Of a stretch of 52,014 bases of DNA, positions 19,290 through 29,991 are shown piece after piece. The notes beneath the pieces are model-generated. The model made no database searches, was not told where the DNA came from, and saw only the letters and a list, made by a program, of their open reading frames with translations. Each line of letters opens with the position of its first letter. The stretch's first letter is position 1. This stretch comes from an uncultured Gammaproteobacteria bacterium. Lineage in GTDB: Bacteria; Pseudomonadota; Gammaproteobacteria; GCA-001735895. The DNA is taken from contig CAMYML010000001.1 of NCBI GenBank assembly GCA_947259305.1, forward strand, positions 1 through 52,014, written 5' to 3'. The translations under genes and the position numbers were made by a program.

Positions 19290-20318
19290 ATGACCGAAGC
19301 CAGCAAAATTCTAAACCTGACCCAGGTGGAAGACCTGACGCGGCGTGCGCTCGCCGCCTGCGGTGCGCACGGGCAACAACTGGAGCTCGCGGTGCAATCG
19401 GTGGTCGATGCCGAGTGCGATGGCATTCGTACCGTGGGCCTGGGTTATTTGCCGCTTTATTGTGGCCACCTGCAGGTTGGCAAAATCAATCGTGACGCCC
19501 GGCCCGAACATGCGCTGATTGCGCCCTCGGCCCTGCGTTCGATGGCTGACAGTGGCTTCGCGCACGCGGCCTTTGCCGAGGCCGAGCAGGCGTTTTACCA
19601 GTTAGCCCGGCAACAGGGCATTGCCGCGCTGTCGATCGTCGATTCCTACTCGGCCGGCGTGGTCGGCTGGTTCGCGCAACGCATAGCCGCTGCCGGTTTG
19701 ATCGGGATTGGCTTTGCCAATTCGCCCTCGGCGGTGGCGCCAGCGCCGGGCGCGAGTCCTTTCTTCGGTACCAACCCGATGGCGTTTGCGATTCCCAGGG
19801 GTGAAAAAGACCCGATCATCGCCGACATGGCGACCAGCCAGGTGGCGCTGGTGACGATAAAGAAAGCGGCCGCGGAAGGCCGTTCGATCCCGTCAGGATG
19901 GGGCTATGACAAGAACGGCAACGATACCACCGATGCCGCCGCGGTAATCGACGGTGGCGCGCTGGCGCCGGCTGGCGGTTACAAGGGTATGCTGCTGGGA
20001 TTGCTGGTCGATTTACTGGCCGGAGTACTGAGTGGGCCAAATTGCTCGTTTCAGGCTCCGGTATTCAAAAACAATACCGGTGGCGAACCCAGAGTGGGCC
20101 AATTTTTTATCGCGCTTTCGCCGGGCGGTTTCACCCCCGGAGGCGATCACGCCTACGCCGACCGGCTCGAAACCATGCTCACCGCGCTCGCGGCCGAGCC
20201 GGGCGTGCGCCTGCCGGGTTCACGCCGACATGAAGCCAGGCTCAGGGCTGAAACGCAGGGTGTCGAAGTGGCGCTGGAGTTGATCGACCGGCTCGAGGGT
20301 TTCGCCGCGGGCAGCTGA
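19290..20318 (+). CDS. Ldh_2-family (malate/L-lactate/sulfolactate dehydrogenase-like) oxidoreductase
   Basis: FGTNPMAFAIP, DMATS, GGYKG, VRLPG; AAGGAG RBS. Confidence 0.88.
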   Translation: MTEASKILNLTQVEDLTRRALAACGAHGQQLELAVQSVVDAECDGIRTVGLGYLPLYCGHLQVGKINRDARPEHALIAPSALRSMADSGFAHAAFAEAEQAFYQLARQQGIAALSIVDSYSAGVVGWFAQRIAAAGLIGIGFANSPSAVAPAPGASPFFGTNPMAFAIPRGEKDPIIADMATSQVALVTIKKAAAEGRSIPSGWGYDKNGNDTTDAAAVIDGGALAPAGGYKGMLLGLLVDLLAGVLSGPNCSFQAPVFKNNTGGEPRVGQFFIALSPGGFTPGGDHAYADRLETMLTALAAEPGVRLPGSRRHEARLRAETQGVEVALELIDRLEGFAAGS

Positions 20319-20370
20319 GTTGATGCTCTGAAACGCCATATTTTGCCAAATATTTACATTAAAGATTCCC

Positions 20371-20520
20371 TTAAGGATCCGTGCCGATACCAACAGCGCC
20401 GGCGCCGGCCTGGGGCTATCGATCGTCAATACGATCGCGCAGATTCAGGCTGCCCGGCTGGTGTTGAGCGAGTCTGACCTGGGCGGGCTTTGCGTAACCG
20501 TTCAATTCAAAATTAACTGA
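20371..20520 (+). pseudogene. 3' stub of a sensor histidine kinase (end of HATPase_c)
   Basis: Manual translation LRIRADTNSAGAGLGLSIVNTIAQIQAARLVLSESDLGGLCVTVQFKIN*; G2 box GAGLGLSIV; no ATG/GTG/TTG back to the in-frame stop at 20329. Confidence 0.75.
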
Positions 20521-20572
20521 AAAAGACCGCGGATATCCGGTAAAATTCGCCCTTACCTGCGCCCGGCAGACA

Positions 20573-20827
20573 GCCCGAATATTGCGCCAGTCGGGCTCGG
20601 ACCTTGATATAAAATATTGAATAATTCGGAAAAACTGTATTTTCAAGTGAATTTTAAAGGTACAGTTTGCTACCGGCCAGAGCCCTATCCCGGCGCTGAC
20701 TTGTCCAGATACGCCTGGACTTGGGTTTCCCTCAAGCCATAGCTACAGCTATGGCTTTCGGTCCAGCCCGGCGTCCATCCGCATCTGTCCTGCCTCAGCA
20801 TCCGGGATACTGGTGCAATATCCGGGC
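20573..20827. mobile_element. MITE-like palindromic element, copy A (255 bp)
   Basis: TIRs 20573-20591 GCCCGAATATTGCGCCAGT / 20809-20827 ACTGGTGCAATATCCGGGC (17/19); flanks CA and TA; hairpin 20687-20808 with apex AAGCCATAGC-TACA-GCTATGGCTT. Confidence 0.75.
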
Positions 20828-20852
20828 TAGCGAATCAGAGCGGAATCTACCC

Positions 20853-22949
20853 ATGGCTTACAACAATCAGAGCGTTCGTGTCGGTGCCGATATCGGCGGG
20901 ACTTTTACCGATGTCGTGCTTGAAGTCGGCGCTCAGAAATTCAGCGCCAAGGTGTTGACCAATAATAGCGAACCTGAGCAGGCGATCATCGATGGCCTGT
21001 TCAAGGTAACGCAGATAGCCAAAGTTGGCCTGGAACATATCGATCAGTTGATCCACGGCACCACGCTGGCGACCAATTCTCTGATCGAGCGCCGTGGTGC
21101 CGAGACCGCCTTCATTACCAGCAAGGGTTTCCGCGACGTAATCGAAATGCGCACCGAGGGGCGTTTCGAGCAATACGATCTGAACCTGAGCCTGCCGCCG
21201 CCGTTGATATCGCGTGAACATCGCTATGTCGTCGATGGCCGTATCGCGGCCAGCGGGCGAGAGCTGGTTGCACTCGACGAGGGGCAATTGCTCGAGATTG
21301 CGGCGCGGATTGGTCAAGCTGGATACCAGAGTGTCGCCATCGGTTTCATACATTCCTATGTCAGCGCCGCGCACGAACGTCGCGCGCGTGAAATTCTGGC
21401 GGCCGAATTGCCCGCTATCAGCATTTCGATTTCGAGCGAGGTATCGCCGCAGATGCGCGAATTCGAGCGTTTCAACACGGTCTGCGCGAATGCATTCATC
21501 AAACCTCTGATGGCGTCATATCTGCAGCGCCTGGTCGATCGCTTCCGCGCCGAGGGCGGCGATTGCCCGGTGTTCATGATGCACTCCGGCGGGGGCCTGA
21601 TCTCGGTCGAAAGCGCGATCGAGTTTCCGGTGCGATTACTCGAGTCCGGACCCGCGGGCGGTGCGATTTACGCGGCCGACTATGCCGCCGGCTACGGGCT
21701 GGACAAGGTACTGTCCTACGACATGGGCGGCACCACCGCGAAGATTTGCATGATCGAAAACCGCGTGCCGAAGACTGCGCGTAGCTTCGAAGTGGCGCGC
21801 ACCTATCGTTTCAAGAAGGGTTCGGGCATGCCGGTATCGATCCCGGTCATCGAAATGGTCGAAATCGGCGCCGGTGGCGGTTCGCTGGGCTGGGTCGATG
21901 AAATGCACCAGATTCGCGTGGGCCCTGAAAGTGCCGGCTCGGAACCGGGGCCGGCCTGCTATGACCGTGGTGGTCAGCAACCGGCGGTGACCGACGCCGA
22001 CCTGGTGCTCGGTCGCCTGGATCCGGAAAGTTTCGCCGGCGGCGAAATAAAACTCGAAACGCAGAATTCGATCGCGGCACTGCAGCGGGCAATCGGTCAG
22101 CCACTCGAGATGGGCACCGAGACCGCTGCTGTCGGGGTATGCGAGGTGGTCGATGAAAACATGGCCAACGCGGCGCGCGTGCACGCGGTCGAGAATGGCA
22201 AGGAGCTCGCTGATTTTACTATGATTGCCTACGGTGGCGCCGCTCCGCTGCATGCCTGTCGCCTGTGCGAGAAGCTCGGCATCGACAGCCTGTTGATTCC
22301 GCCCGGTGCCGGCGTCGGTTCGGCGATCGGCTTTTTGCGCGCACCGTTCGGTTTCGAGGCGGTACGTGGCGCTTTTCTGCGCCTGAGTGAATTCGATGCC
22401 GACTGGACCAACCGCCTGATCGCCGAGCTCGATGCGGAAGCCCAGCGCTTTGCCCAGGCCGGTGGCGCGCAGATGGAGCTGCTGCGCGAAATCAAGGCTT
22501 ACATGCGCTACCAGGGGCAGGGCTGGGAAATCGTCGTGATGTTGCCTGACCGCGACTTCGTCGATGCCGACCAGCTCGAAATACGGCGGCGCTTCGAAGA
22601 TGAATATATTCGCCTGTTCGGACGTGCGCTCGATGGTCTCGACATCGAAATCATGACCTGGTCGGTGCAGGTGCGCAGCCACCTGGCCGAGCCCGCCACG
22701 GTTATGCCGGTGACTACTGAAAATCCCTGTTACAGCGATGAAAGGCGGCGTATTTTCGATGTGCGCGAGCAAGGTTTCGTCGATGCCGCGGTGTTCCAGC
22801 GCGAAGCGCTGGCTAGCGGTGACCTGATTTCCGGACCCGCGGTCATCATCGAAAGCGAAACCAGTACCATCGTGACCAACCGTTACCAGGCAATCATGCA
22901 ATCCGATGGTTGCCTGCTGCTGAGACTAAAGGGGAAAGAACATGACTGA
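20853..22949 (+). CDS. Hydantoinase A / 5-oxoprolinase-family subunit
   Basis: ADIGGTFTD, HGTTLATN, ESGPAGG, DMGGTTAK, IGAGGGS, GPESAGSEPGPACY. Confidence 0.93.
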   Translation: MAYNNQSVRVGADIGGTFTDVVLEVGAQKFSAKVLTNNSEPEQAIIDGLFKVTQIAKVGLEHIDQLIHGTTLATNSLIERRGAETAFITSKGFRDVIEMRTEGRFEQYDLNLSLPPPLISREHRYVVDGRIAASGRELVALDEGQLLEIAARIGQAGYQSVAIGFIHSYVSAAHERRAREILAAELPAISISISSEVSPQMREFERFNTVCANAFIKPLMASYLQRLVDRFRAEGGDCPVFMMHSGGGLISVESAIEFPVRLLESGPAGGAIYAADYAAGYGLDKVLSYDMGGTTAKICMIENRVPKTARSFEVARTYRFKKGSGMPVSIPVIEMVEIGAGGGSLGWVDEMHQIRVGPESAGSEPGPACYDRGGQQPAVTDADLVLGRLDPESFAGGEIKLETQNSIAALQRAIGQPLEMGTETAAVGVCEVVDENMANAARVHAVENGKELADFTMIAYGGAAPLHACRLCEKLGIDSLLIPPGAGVGSAIGFLRAPFGFEAVRGAFLRLSEFDADWTNRLIAELDAEAQRFAQAGGAQMELLREIKAYMRYQGQGWEIVVMLPDRDFVDADQLEIRRRFEDEYIRLFGRALDGLDIEIMTWSVQVRSHLAEPATVMPVTTENPCYSDERRRIFDVREQGFVDAAVFQREALASGDLISGPAVIIESETSTIVTNRYQAIMQSDGCLLLRLKGKEHD

Positions 22950-24609
22950 CGGCATTTCCAACGTCCATATGCAGGTCATGTGGAACCGCCTGATCGCGGT
23001 CGTCGAGGAACAGGCGCTGACGCTGGTGCGCACCGCGTTTTCGACCTCGGTACGTGAAGCCGGTGACGTCTCGGCCGGGGTTTTCGACCGCGACGGCTAC
23101 ATGATCGCGCAGGCCGTCACGGGTACCCCGGGGCACGTCAATGCGATGGCGGCGGCGGTGCGAAATTTTATCGACGATATCGGCGCAGACAATATTTTCG
23201 AGGGTGATTCCTATGTCACCAATGACCCGTGGAAGGGCACCGGGCACCTGCACGATTTTACCTTCGTCAATCCATCCTTTCGCGATGGCAGGCTGGTCGG
23301 TTATTTTGCCTGTACCGCGCACGTGGTCGACGTCGGCGGCCGTGGTTTCGGACCGGACGCGACCGAGATTTACGAGGAAGGGATTCTGATCCCGATCATG
23401 AAGTTCGCCGAACGCGGTGAAGTGAACCAGGTGCTGATCAACATCATTCGTAACAACGTACGCGAAAACGAACAGGTGGTTGGCGACCTTTTCTCGCTGT
23501 CGTCCTGTAACGATACCGGTCACCGGCGGTTGATGGATATGATGGACGAGTTTGCCATCGATGATCTGCAGGAACTGCGCGATTTCATTTTCGAGAATAG
23601 TCTGAGTGCAACCCTCGAGCGCCTCAGGGAATTGCCACCCGGTTCCTATGATAACGAGCTAACCGTAGACGGCTACGATAAGCCAGTGACGATGAAACTG
23701 CGGCTCGTCGTCTCCGAGCAGGGCGTGCTTGCCGACTTCGATGGCACCAGTGGCCTCAGCGAAAAGGGTATCAACGTGCCGCTGATCTACACTACCGCTT
23801 ATGCCTGTTACGCGCTCAAGTGCGCGCTCGCGCCGCAGATACCGAACAACCATGCGTCCCTGTCCCCTTTTAAAGTAACGGCGCCGGAAAATTGTATCCT
23901 CAATGCGAAACACCCGGCGCCGGTCGCGATTCGGCACGTGCTCGGACAATTCCTGCCCGATGCCGTGCTCGGGGCCCTGCACAAGATGTTACCCGACAGG
24001 GTGCCGGCCGAAGGCTCCAGCGCCTTGTGGATCATACAGCTCGGCGCGCGCCCAATCGATGCCCGCCAGGCAGTCGCGGATGAGCATGCGCAGAGTTCGG
24101 AAATTCTGATGTTCAACTCTGGGGGGACCGGAGCGCGCCCAACGCTGGACGGACTCAGCGCAACCGCGTTCCCGTCCGGCGTGCATACCATGTCAGCCGA
24201 GGTTACGGAGCATTTGGGGCCAATCACGATCTGGCGTAAGGAATTGCGTGAGGGTTCGGGCGGCGCCGGCGCGCAGCGCGGTGGCCTCGGCCAGGTGATC
24301 GAAATTTCGGCCAACACGGGTTACCGCATCTACATCAACGCGATGTTCGATCGCTGTCAGCACCCGGCCCGAGGGCGGGATGGCGGCTTGTCTGGCGCCG
24401 CCGGCGGCGTCAGTCTCGACGACGGCAGCTTGATGCAGTCCAAGGGCAAGCAGTGGATTCCGGACGATCGGCACCTGGTCTTGAACCTGCCGGGCGGGGG
24501 TGGCTACGGCGCTCCCGGCAAGCGTGATCGTGCGATGATTGCGCAGGATATCGAACGCCAGTACATAACTCTCGATCAGGCGAAGCGGGATTATGCCTAT
24601 GAAATCTGA
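22942..24609 (+). CDS. Hydantoinase B / 5-oxoprolinase-family subunit
   Basis: RTAFSTSVRE, TNDPWKGTGHLHD, HVVDVGG, EEG, PGGGGYG. Confidence 0.93.
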   Translation: MTDGISNVHMQVMWNRLIAVVEEQALTLVRTAFSTSVREAGDVSAGVFDRDGYMIAQAVTGTPGHVNAMAAAVRNFIDDIGADNIFEGDSYVTNDPWKGTGHLHDFTFVNPSFRDGRLVGYFACTAHVVDVGGRGFGPDATEIYEEGILIPIMKFAERGEVNQVLINIIRNNVRENEQVVGDLFSLSSCNDTGHRRLMDMMDEFAIDDLQELRDFIFENSLSATLERLRELPPGSYDNELTVDGYDKPVTMKLRLVVSEQGVLADFDGTSGLSEKGINVPLIYTTAYACYALKCALAPQIPNNHASLSPFKVTAPENCILNAKHPAPVAIRHVLGQFLPDAVLGALHKMLPDRVPAEGSSALWIIQLGARPIDARQAVADEHAQSSEILMFNSGGTGARPTLDGLSATAFPSGVHTMSAEVTEHLGPITIWRKELREGSGGAGAQRGGLGQVIEISANTGYRIYINAMFDRCQHPARGRDGGLSGAAGGVSLDDGSLMQSKGKQWIPDDRHLVLNLPGGGGYGAPGKRDRAMIAQDIERQYITLDQAKRDYAYEI

Positions 24610-24733
24610 ACCTGGCTCACATTTATAAGGGTACATCTGGAAATAACGGCTTAATCAAACCAACCTGCTGCCGAATAACTGCTATACATAGAATGCGAAT
24701 TCTGATTTTTGATTCGCTTGCACAGGTAGTCAT

Positions 24734-25879
24734 ATGTTGGTTCTCAAATCGAAACGCTGCTGGATTCTCCACCGCTGCCGGCTGTTCTCTGTTGTTGGTT
24801 TCATGCTGTGGGGCTTCCTCTTGCCCCAGGCGCAGGCCAACCAGGAAGGCGCCGACCGTTTTCGCATTTTAATCGTCTCCAGTTATCACCGCGAGTACCT
24901 GTGGTCGCAATCCACCAACGAGGGCGTAATGGCTGCGATGCTGCGCTACGGATTCCTCGAAGACGAGCAACAGGTCAGGCAATTTACCGAGCAAGATGCC
25001 GTCGCAAGCAAGCGCGCGATTTTGCAGAAAACCTGGATGGATACCAAACGCAAACGCAGCACATCCGATATTGCCGAAGTGACCGTCAAAATCATGCAGC
25101 AAATCGAGACATTCAAGCCCGACCTGGTCATGCTCGGTGATGATAATGCGGCCAATTACATCGGTAACCAGTTGCTGGATACTGAAATACCGGTGGTGTT
25201 CTGGGGGATAAACGGGTTACCGCTCAAATATGGACTCATCGATAGCATGGCTCGGCCCGGGCACAACATAACCGGGGTCTGGCAGGCGGGGTACTACCGG
25301 GAGGGCCTCGAACTGTTGAGTAAACTGGTGCCCGAGGCCAGAACATTTGCCATCCTGGCCTGCGATTCGGTAACCGCGAGAGCCAACATCAAACAACTCG
25401 AGGGATTGTATCGCAGCGGCAATTCACCCCTGGACCTGGTAGATGTGGTCAGCACCAACGACTTCGAAGAATTCAAGCGCAGGGCCAAGCAGCTTGAATC
25501 GCAGGTCGATGCTTTTTTCGTGCTTAATCATGACACCATGAAAGATGCGCGCGGCAATCACCTCGATATGCTCGAAGTGGGCCGTTGGTATCTCGAAAAT
25601 ATTCGCAAACCCGAAGCCTCCCATGAAGATCAATTCGTTCGCGAGGGTATGCTTTTAACTGCCAATGATTCCGGTTATAACCAGGGATACACGGCGTTTG
25701 AAATGGCGTTCGATATACTCGAACAAGGTCTCAGTCCCCACTTGATGCGCACCAAGACACCGGCGCATGGCCCGCTGATGGTGAATCGCAACCGCGCACG
25801 GGCGCTCGGGATTTCCTTATCCGAGCACGACTACCTGATCGACGAATTTGTAGATACTTCGGCTGCCCTGGAGCAATAA
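24734..25879 (+). CDS. ABC_sub_bind-like periplasmic binding/sensor protein
   Basis: Signal region ending AQA; ILIVSSYHREYLWS, MDTKR, DDNAA, PVVFWGIN, NITGV; start uncertain. Confidence 0.75.
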   Translation: MLVLKSKRCWILHRCRLFSVVGFMLWGFLLPQAQANQEGADRFRILIVSSYHREYLWSQSTNEGVMAAMLRYGFLEDEQQVRQFTEQDAVASKRAILQKTWMDTKRKRSTSDIAEVTVKIMQQIETFKPDLVMLGDDNAANYIGNQLLDTEIPVVFWGINGLPLKYGLIDSMARPGHNITGVWQAGYYREGLELLSKLVPEARTFAILACDSVTARANIKQLEGLYRSGNSPLDLVDVVSTNDFEEFKRRAKQLESQVDAFFVLNHDTMKDARGNHLDMLEVGRWYLENIRKPEASHEDQFVREGMLLTANDSGYNQGYTAFEMAFDILEQGLSPHLMRTKTPAHGPLMVNRNRARALGISLSEHDYLIDEFVDTSAALEQ

Positions 25880-28662
25880 TGCGGACCGGTCGTGAGCTGT
25901 CATCGGTCCCGGGATTCTTTCTGCGCGTACTGGCCGCGCTACTGGTTGTCAATCTCGCCTCGGCCGCCGTGTTAATTTTTATCGCCTATACCTTCAGTAG
26001 AGATTCGCTCTCCAGCCAGGCGAGAGAAACGATTACCCAGCAGGTAGCGGTATTTTCCGACTCCTTCGTCGATGTGCATTTAAGCGATATTCTGACGATG
26101 CAAAAGGCGCTCGAGAACAGTCAGAACATGGAAGACTATTTGCAGGCATCCAGTGCCGAACGCCTGATTCTGGGGCGCCGCATCGAACGCGAATTCATTC
26201 AGTTGCAAAAAGATAACCCGGATATTTACGGGCTTTATTACTACGATGAAAATGGTGAAATCAAGCTTGGTGCGAAAAATAAAACCCGCTTGATGATTGG
26301 CCGTGGCCAACCTGCTCCGGCATACGACAGTTTACTGCAGCAGGCAGAACCGCTATTCGATCAACTCGAAGCCACGCCGCTGGTGTTGTCCTCGGGCGGC
26401 ATGGAGTGGTTTATTCCTCCGCGTGATGCGACGATTATCGGCCCCTTCCAGCGCGAGGATGGAGGTTATTCGCTGCTTTCGGGCCTGGCCAAGCTGGACA
26501 AGAATACCGGATTGTTTGGTGGCATGCTGCTGGTGCATTTCAATCTGGACAACTGGCTTAGCGACCTCGGACGCATGCGCATTCAGGATCACTCGCCGGT
26601 ATGGGTATTGGCCGCGGATGGCCAGGTGTTGAAACAGCAGGATGACAATACGTCTCCTGATCATTTATACGATCCAATACCGGATTTACCCAGGCAACGC
26701 ATTACGGGGACGCAGTCGCTCGAGAGCAAAAAGGGACTTATTGTATTCCAGGACATTATGCTGGGAGACCAGGAGAACGCCTTGCGCCTGGTTTTTAGCG
26801 TTCCCTCCAGTTTGCTGGTACAGGGGCTCGATCCAGCGGTCGAGTTTTTTAGCTGGGTGCTGATTGTCTCGGTGATTTTGCTGGTGATTGTTTCGTATCT
26901 GATATCCCGTTTGCTGGTGCGCCCGTTCAACGAGCTTGCGGTCGCGCGCAACAAGCTCGTCACGGCACAACAACTGGCCCGAATCGGGCACTGGGACTGG
27001 GATCGATCCAGCTGCACCATGGGGCTCTCGGAAAACGCGGTTACCATACTCGGGTTGCAGCCGGAGCAGGGTCGTATCGAATTTGCGCAGCTGATGTCGA
27101 TGGTGCATGAGGACGACCGTCAAGCGCTGGCGGATCATGTCGAAAAGGCAATCAGCGATGGGGAATCAGCCAGTTTCGAGTATCGTCTCACGCCGAAGGA
27201 TAGTGACGAGATTTTTATTCACCAGGCGATCGATGTTATTGACAAGGATGGTTCCCGGGTAATCGGTACCGTTCAGGATATTACCGATCGGCGCAATTCC
27301 GAGGTCCGCATTCGCGAGCTGGCATATCATGATTCTGTTACCGGGCTTGCGAACCGCACCCTACTTGACGAAATTGCCGAGCACGCGCTGCAGATCGCCC
27401 GGCTGCGGAACGGCAAAATGGCGGTTGTGTTTCTCGACCTGGATCAATTCAAGCGCGTCAACGATACGCTGGGGCACGATGCAGGCGACGAATTGTTACG
27501 CCAGGTAGCCGACCGCCTTATCGAATGTGTGCGGCCCTCGGACACGGTATCGGCGGTGCCGATGAGCCTGGGTGGCGAGGATATGGTAGCCCGTCTCGGC
27601 GGAGACGAGTTTATTATCCTGCTGCCCAATCTTAACCATCACGATGATGCCATCGTTGTGGTCGAGCGCATCCGGAAATCGCTAAACCAGCCGTTCATGA
27701 TACAGGGTAAGGAACTACTTAGCGGCGGCAGTCTTGGCATCAGTATCTATCCCGAGCACGGGGATACGGTTAAAGACCTGTTACGCTTAGCCGACACCGC
27801 GATGTATTACGCCAAAGCCCAGGGCCGCAACCGCTACGTGCTCTACAATCCAAAAATCGATGCCCATCACCAGAATCGGCTGTCAATCGAAGTCGGGCTG
27901 AGCAGGGCCCTGGCCAACGAAGAGTTTGAACTTTATTACCAGCCCCGCTACAACATCAATGGTAACCAGATAAAGTCATTCGAAGCACTGCTGCGCTGGA
28001 ATGATCCCGACAAGGGAATGATCATGCCGGATGAATTCATTTATATCGCCGAGGAAAACGGATCCATCGTGCAAATCGGTGAATGGGTTTTCGAACAGGC
28101 CTGTCGACAGTTATCCGAATGGCAAAAAGAATTCTCCAGAGAACTGTCTATGTCGGTGAATCTGTCTCCGGTCCAGTTTATGTCCAGAAACCTGGTAGAA
28201 GACATCGCCAAGAAAATAAAAAAATCCGGCATTTCTCCGGGTAACCTCGAACTGGAATTGACCGAAAACGCGCTGTTCAAGGACATCGAATCCGGGGTGC
28301 GAATTTCCAAGCAGCTCAAGGCCCTGGGAATTACCTTGTCGATCGATGATTTTGGCACCGGGTACTCGTCGCTGCAATTGTTGAGCAGGCTGCCGGTCGA
28401 TACCTTAAAGATAGACAAGTCTTTTGTGCAAAACATGTTAGGCGAGGGAGATGACGAAATGATCGTGCAGTCGTTTATTTTACTGGGCCAGAATCTAGGG
28501 CTGAAAGTGGTTGCCGAGGGGGTTGAAGAGCTGGGCCAGTGGTTATCGTTAAAAGAACGTGGTTGCGACGAAGTACAGGGATACTTCTTTGCAAAACCCT
28601 GTAAACAGAAAGACGCCAGGCAACTGTTGATTGATCATTTCAAGATGGAGAAAGCATTATGA
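25879..28662 (+). CDS. Membrane c-di-GMP enzyme: TM, periplasmic (Cache-like) region, TM, PAS, GGDEF, EAL
   Basis: Two TM helices; RLGGDEF; EALLRW, ELTE, DDFGTGYSS, KIDKSF, EGVE, QGY all intact. Confidence 0.92.
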   Translation: MRTGRELSSVPGFFLRVLAALLVVNLASAAVLIFIAYTFSRDSLSSQARETITQQVAVFSDSFVDVHLSDILTMQKALENSQNMEDYLQASSAERLILGRRIEREFIQLQKDNPDIYGLYYYDENGEIKLGAKNKTRLMIGRGQPAPAYDSLLQQAEPLFDQLEATPLVLSSGGMEWFIPPRDATIIGPFQREDGGYSLLSGLAKLDKNTGLFGGMLLVHFNLDNWLSDLGRMRIQDHSPVWVLAADGQVLKQQDDNTSPDHLYDPIPDLPRQRITGTQSLESKKGLIVFQDIMLGDQENALRLVFSVPSSLLVQGLDPAVEFFSWVLIVSVILLVIVSYLISRLLVRPFNELAVARNKLVTAQQLARIGHWDWDRSSCTMGLSENAVTILGLQPEQGRIEFAQLMSMVHEDDRQALADHVEKAISDGESASFEYRLTPKDSDEIFIHQAIDVIDKDGSRVIGTVQDITDRRNSEVRIRELAYHDSVTGLANRTLLDEIAEHALQIARLRNGKMAVVFLDLDQFKRVNDTLGHDAGDELLRQVADRLIECVRPSDTVSAVPMSLGGEDMVARLGGDEFIILLPNLNHHDDAIVVVERIRKSLNQPFMIQGKELLSGGSLGISIYPEHGDTVKDLLRLADTAMYYAKAQGRNRYVLYNPKIDAHHQNRLSIEVGLSRALANEEFELYYQPRYNINGNQIKSFEALLRWNDPDKGMIMPDEFIYIAEENGSIVQIGEWVFEQACRQLSEWQKEFSRELSMSVNLSPVQFMSRNLVEDIAKKIKKSGISPGNLELELTENALFKDIESGVRISKQLKALGITLSIDDFGTGYSSLQLLSRLPVDTLKIDKSFVQNMLGEGDDEMIVQSFILLGQNLGLKVVAEGVEELGQWLSLKERGCDEVQGYFFAKPCKQKDARQLLIDHFKMEKAL

Positions 28663-29975
28663 TTCCGCAGCGCAGGAAGTTTCTCGGGGTGGCTACAGCG
28701 ACGATTGCCGGCAGTTTTCTGATCCCAAAATTTGCCCATGCGCAAAAAAAACATCGCCTTACGATACTGCAATGGAACCATTTCGTACCCCAGTTCGACC
28801 GCTGGTTCGACGAGGTTTTTGCCAAACAATGGGGCGATGCCAACGATACCGAGGTCGTTATCGACCGGGTTGGCATGACCAGCTTGAACAGTCGTGCACA
28901 GGCTGAAATCCAGCGCGGCAGAGGGCACGATCTGTTCATGTTTTTACGACCCCCGCCGACCTACGAGGATTATGTTGTCGACCATAGCGACGTGTATCAG
29001 GAATGCGAGCGATATGTCGGCAAGCCTAACCAGATCGCGATCAACAGCACCTACAACCCGGCCACGCGCAAGTATTTCGGATTCTCCGACAGTTACGTGC
29101 CGGATCCGATTAACTATCGCAAGGATCTGTGGGACGACGTCGGCGTATATCCCGACAGCTGGGATAACATACGCAAGGGAGGCGCCGCAATTTTCCAAAA
29201 GCACAAGTCGCCACTAGGTATCGGTCTGGCACCCGAACTGGATTCCAACATGGCGCTGAGATCGCTGATGCACAGCTTCGGTGCCTCGGTGCACGACCGG
29301 GATGGCAGGATCGTACTGGATAGCCCCGAAACAGTTGAAGCGGTCAAGTTCATGAAGACACTCTACCAGGAGGCAATGACCGAAGAAGTGTTCAGCTGGG
29401 ATCCTTCTTCCAACAATCGAATGATGCTGGCGGGCCACGGCTCGCTGACCTTGAATGCAATATCGATAACGCGCACTGGCGAGTCGCAGAAGATACCGAT
29501 TGCCGAGCAGATACATCTGGCACCGGCCGCGCGCGGTCCGGCTGGTCAGATCGGGCTGATGCACCTGATGCATGCCTATGTGATCTGGAAATTTGCCCGC
29601 AATATCGATGGCGCAAAGCAATTTCTGGTCGACTATGTCAAAAATTTCCGCGATGCTTTCCTGGCCAGCGGTTTTTACAATTTACCCTGTTTCCCGGATA
29701 CGGTGCCTGATCTGAAGTCACTGGTCGCGGTTGATAAAAATGCGACGCCGGAGGATAAATACAGTTTTTTGTCGCAGGCTGAGGATTGGACCACGACAAT
29801 TGGCTATCCCGGATTCGCCAATGCCGTAATCGATGAAACCTTCGGTGAGTGGATAATATCGGATATGTTCGCGGCGGCGGCGCGCGATCGAAGCTCCCCG
29901 GAACAGGCGGTTAAAATTGCCACCGGCAAGGTCAACGATATTTACGCCAAGTGGAAGGCTGCCGGCAAAGTCTAG
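28659..29975 (+). CDS. Tat-exported extracellular solute-binding protein (family-1-like), no cognate permease nearby
   Basis: QRRKFLG twin-arginine signal, AHA cleavage; WNHFVP, YRKDLW, SWDPSSNN. Confidence 0.82.
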   Translation: MIPQRRKFLGVATATIAGSFLIPKFAHAQKKHRLTILQWNHFVPQFDRWFDEVFAKQWGDANDTEVVIDRVGMTSLNSRAQAEIQRGRGHDLFMFLRPPPTYEDYVVDHSDVYQECERYVGKPNQIAINSTYNPATRKYFGFSDSYVPDPINYRKDLWDDVGVYPDSWDNIRKGGAAIFQKHKSPLGIGLAPELDSNMALRSLMHSFGASVHDRDGRIVLDSPETVEAVKFMKTLYQEAMTEEVFSWDPSSNNRMMLAGHGSLTLNAISITRTGESQKIPIAEQIHLAPAARGPAGQIGLMHLMHAYVIWKFARNIDGAKQFLVDYVKNFRDAFLASGFYNLPCFPDTVPDLKSLVAVDKNATPEDKYSFLSQAEDWTTTIGYPGFANAVIDETFGEWIISDMFAAAARDRSSPEQAVKIATGKVNDIYAKWKAAGKV

Positions 29976-29991
29976 CAATAGCCGATTCGTT

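Noticed and set aside
20721-20852. 44-aa N-terminal extension of hydantoinase A
   Set aside because: Runs through the element hairpin; family similarity starts just after ATG 20853.
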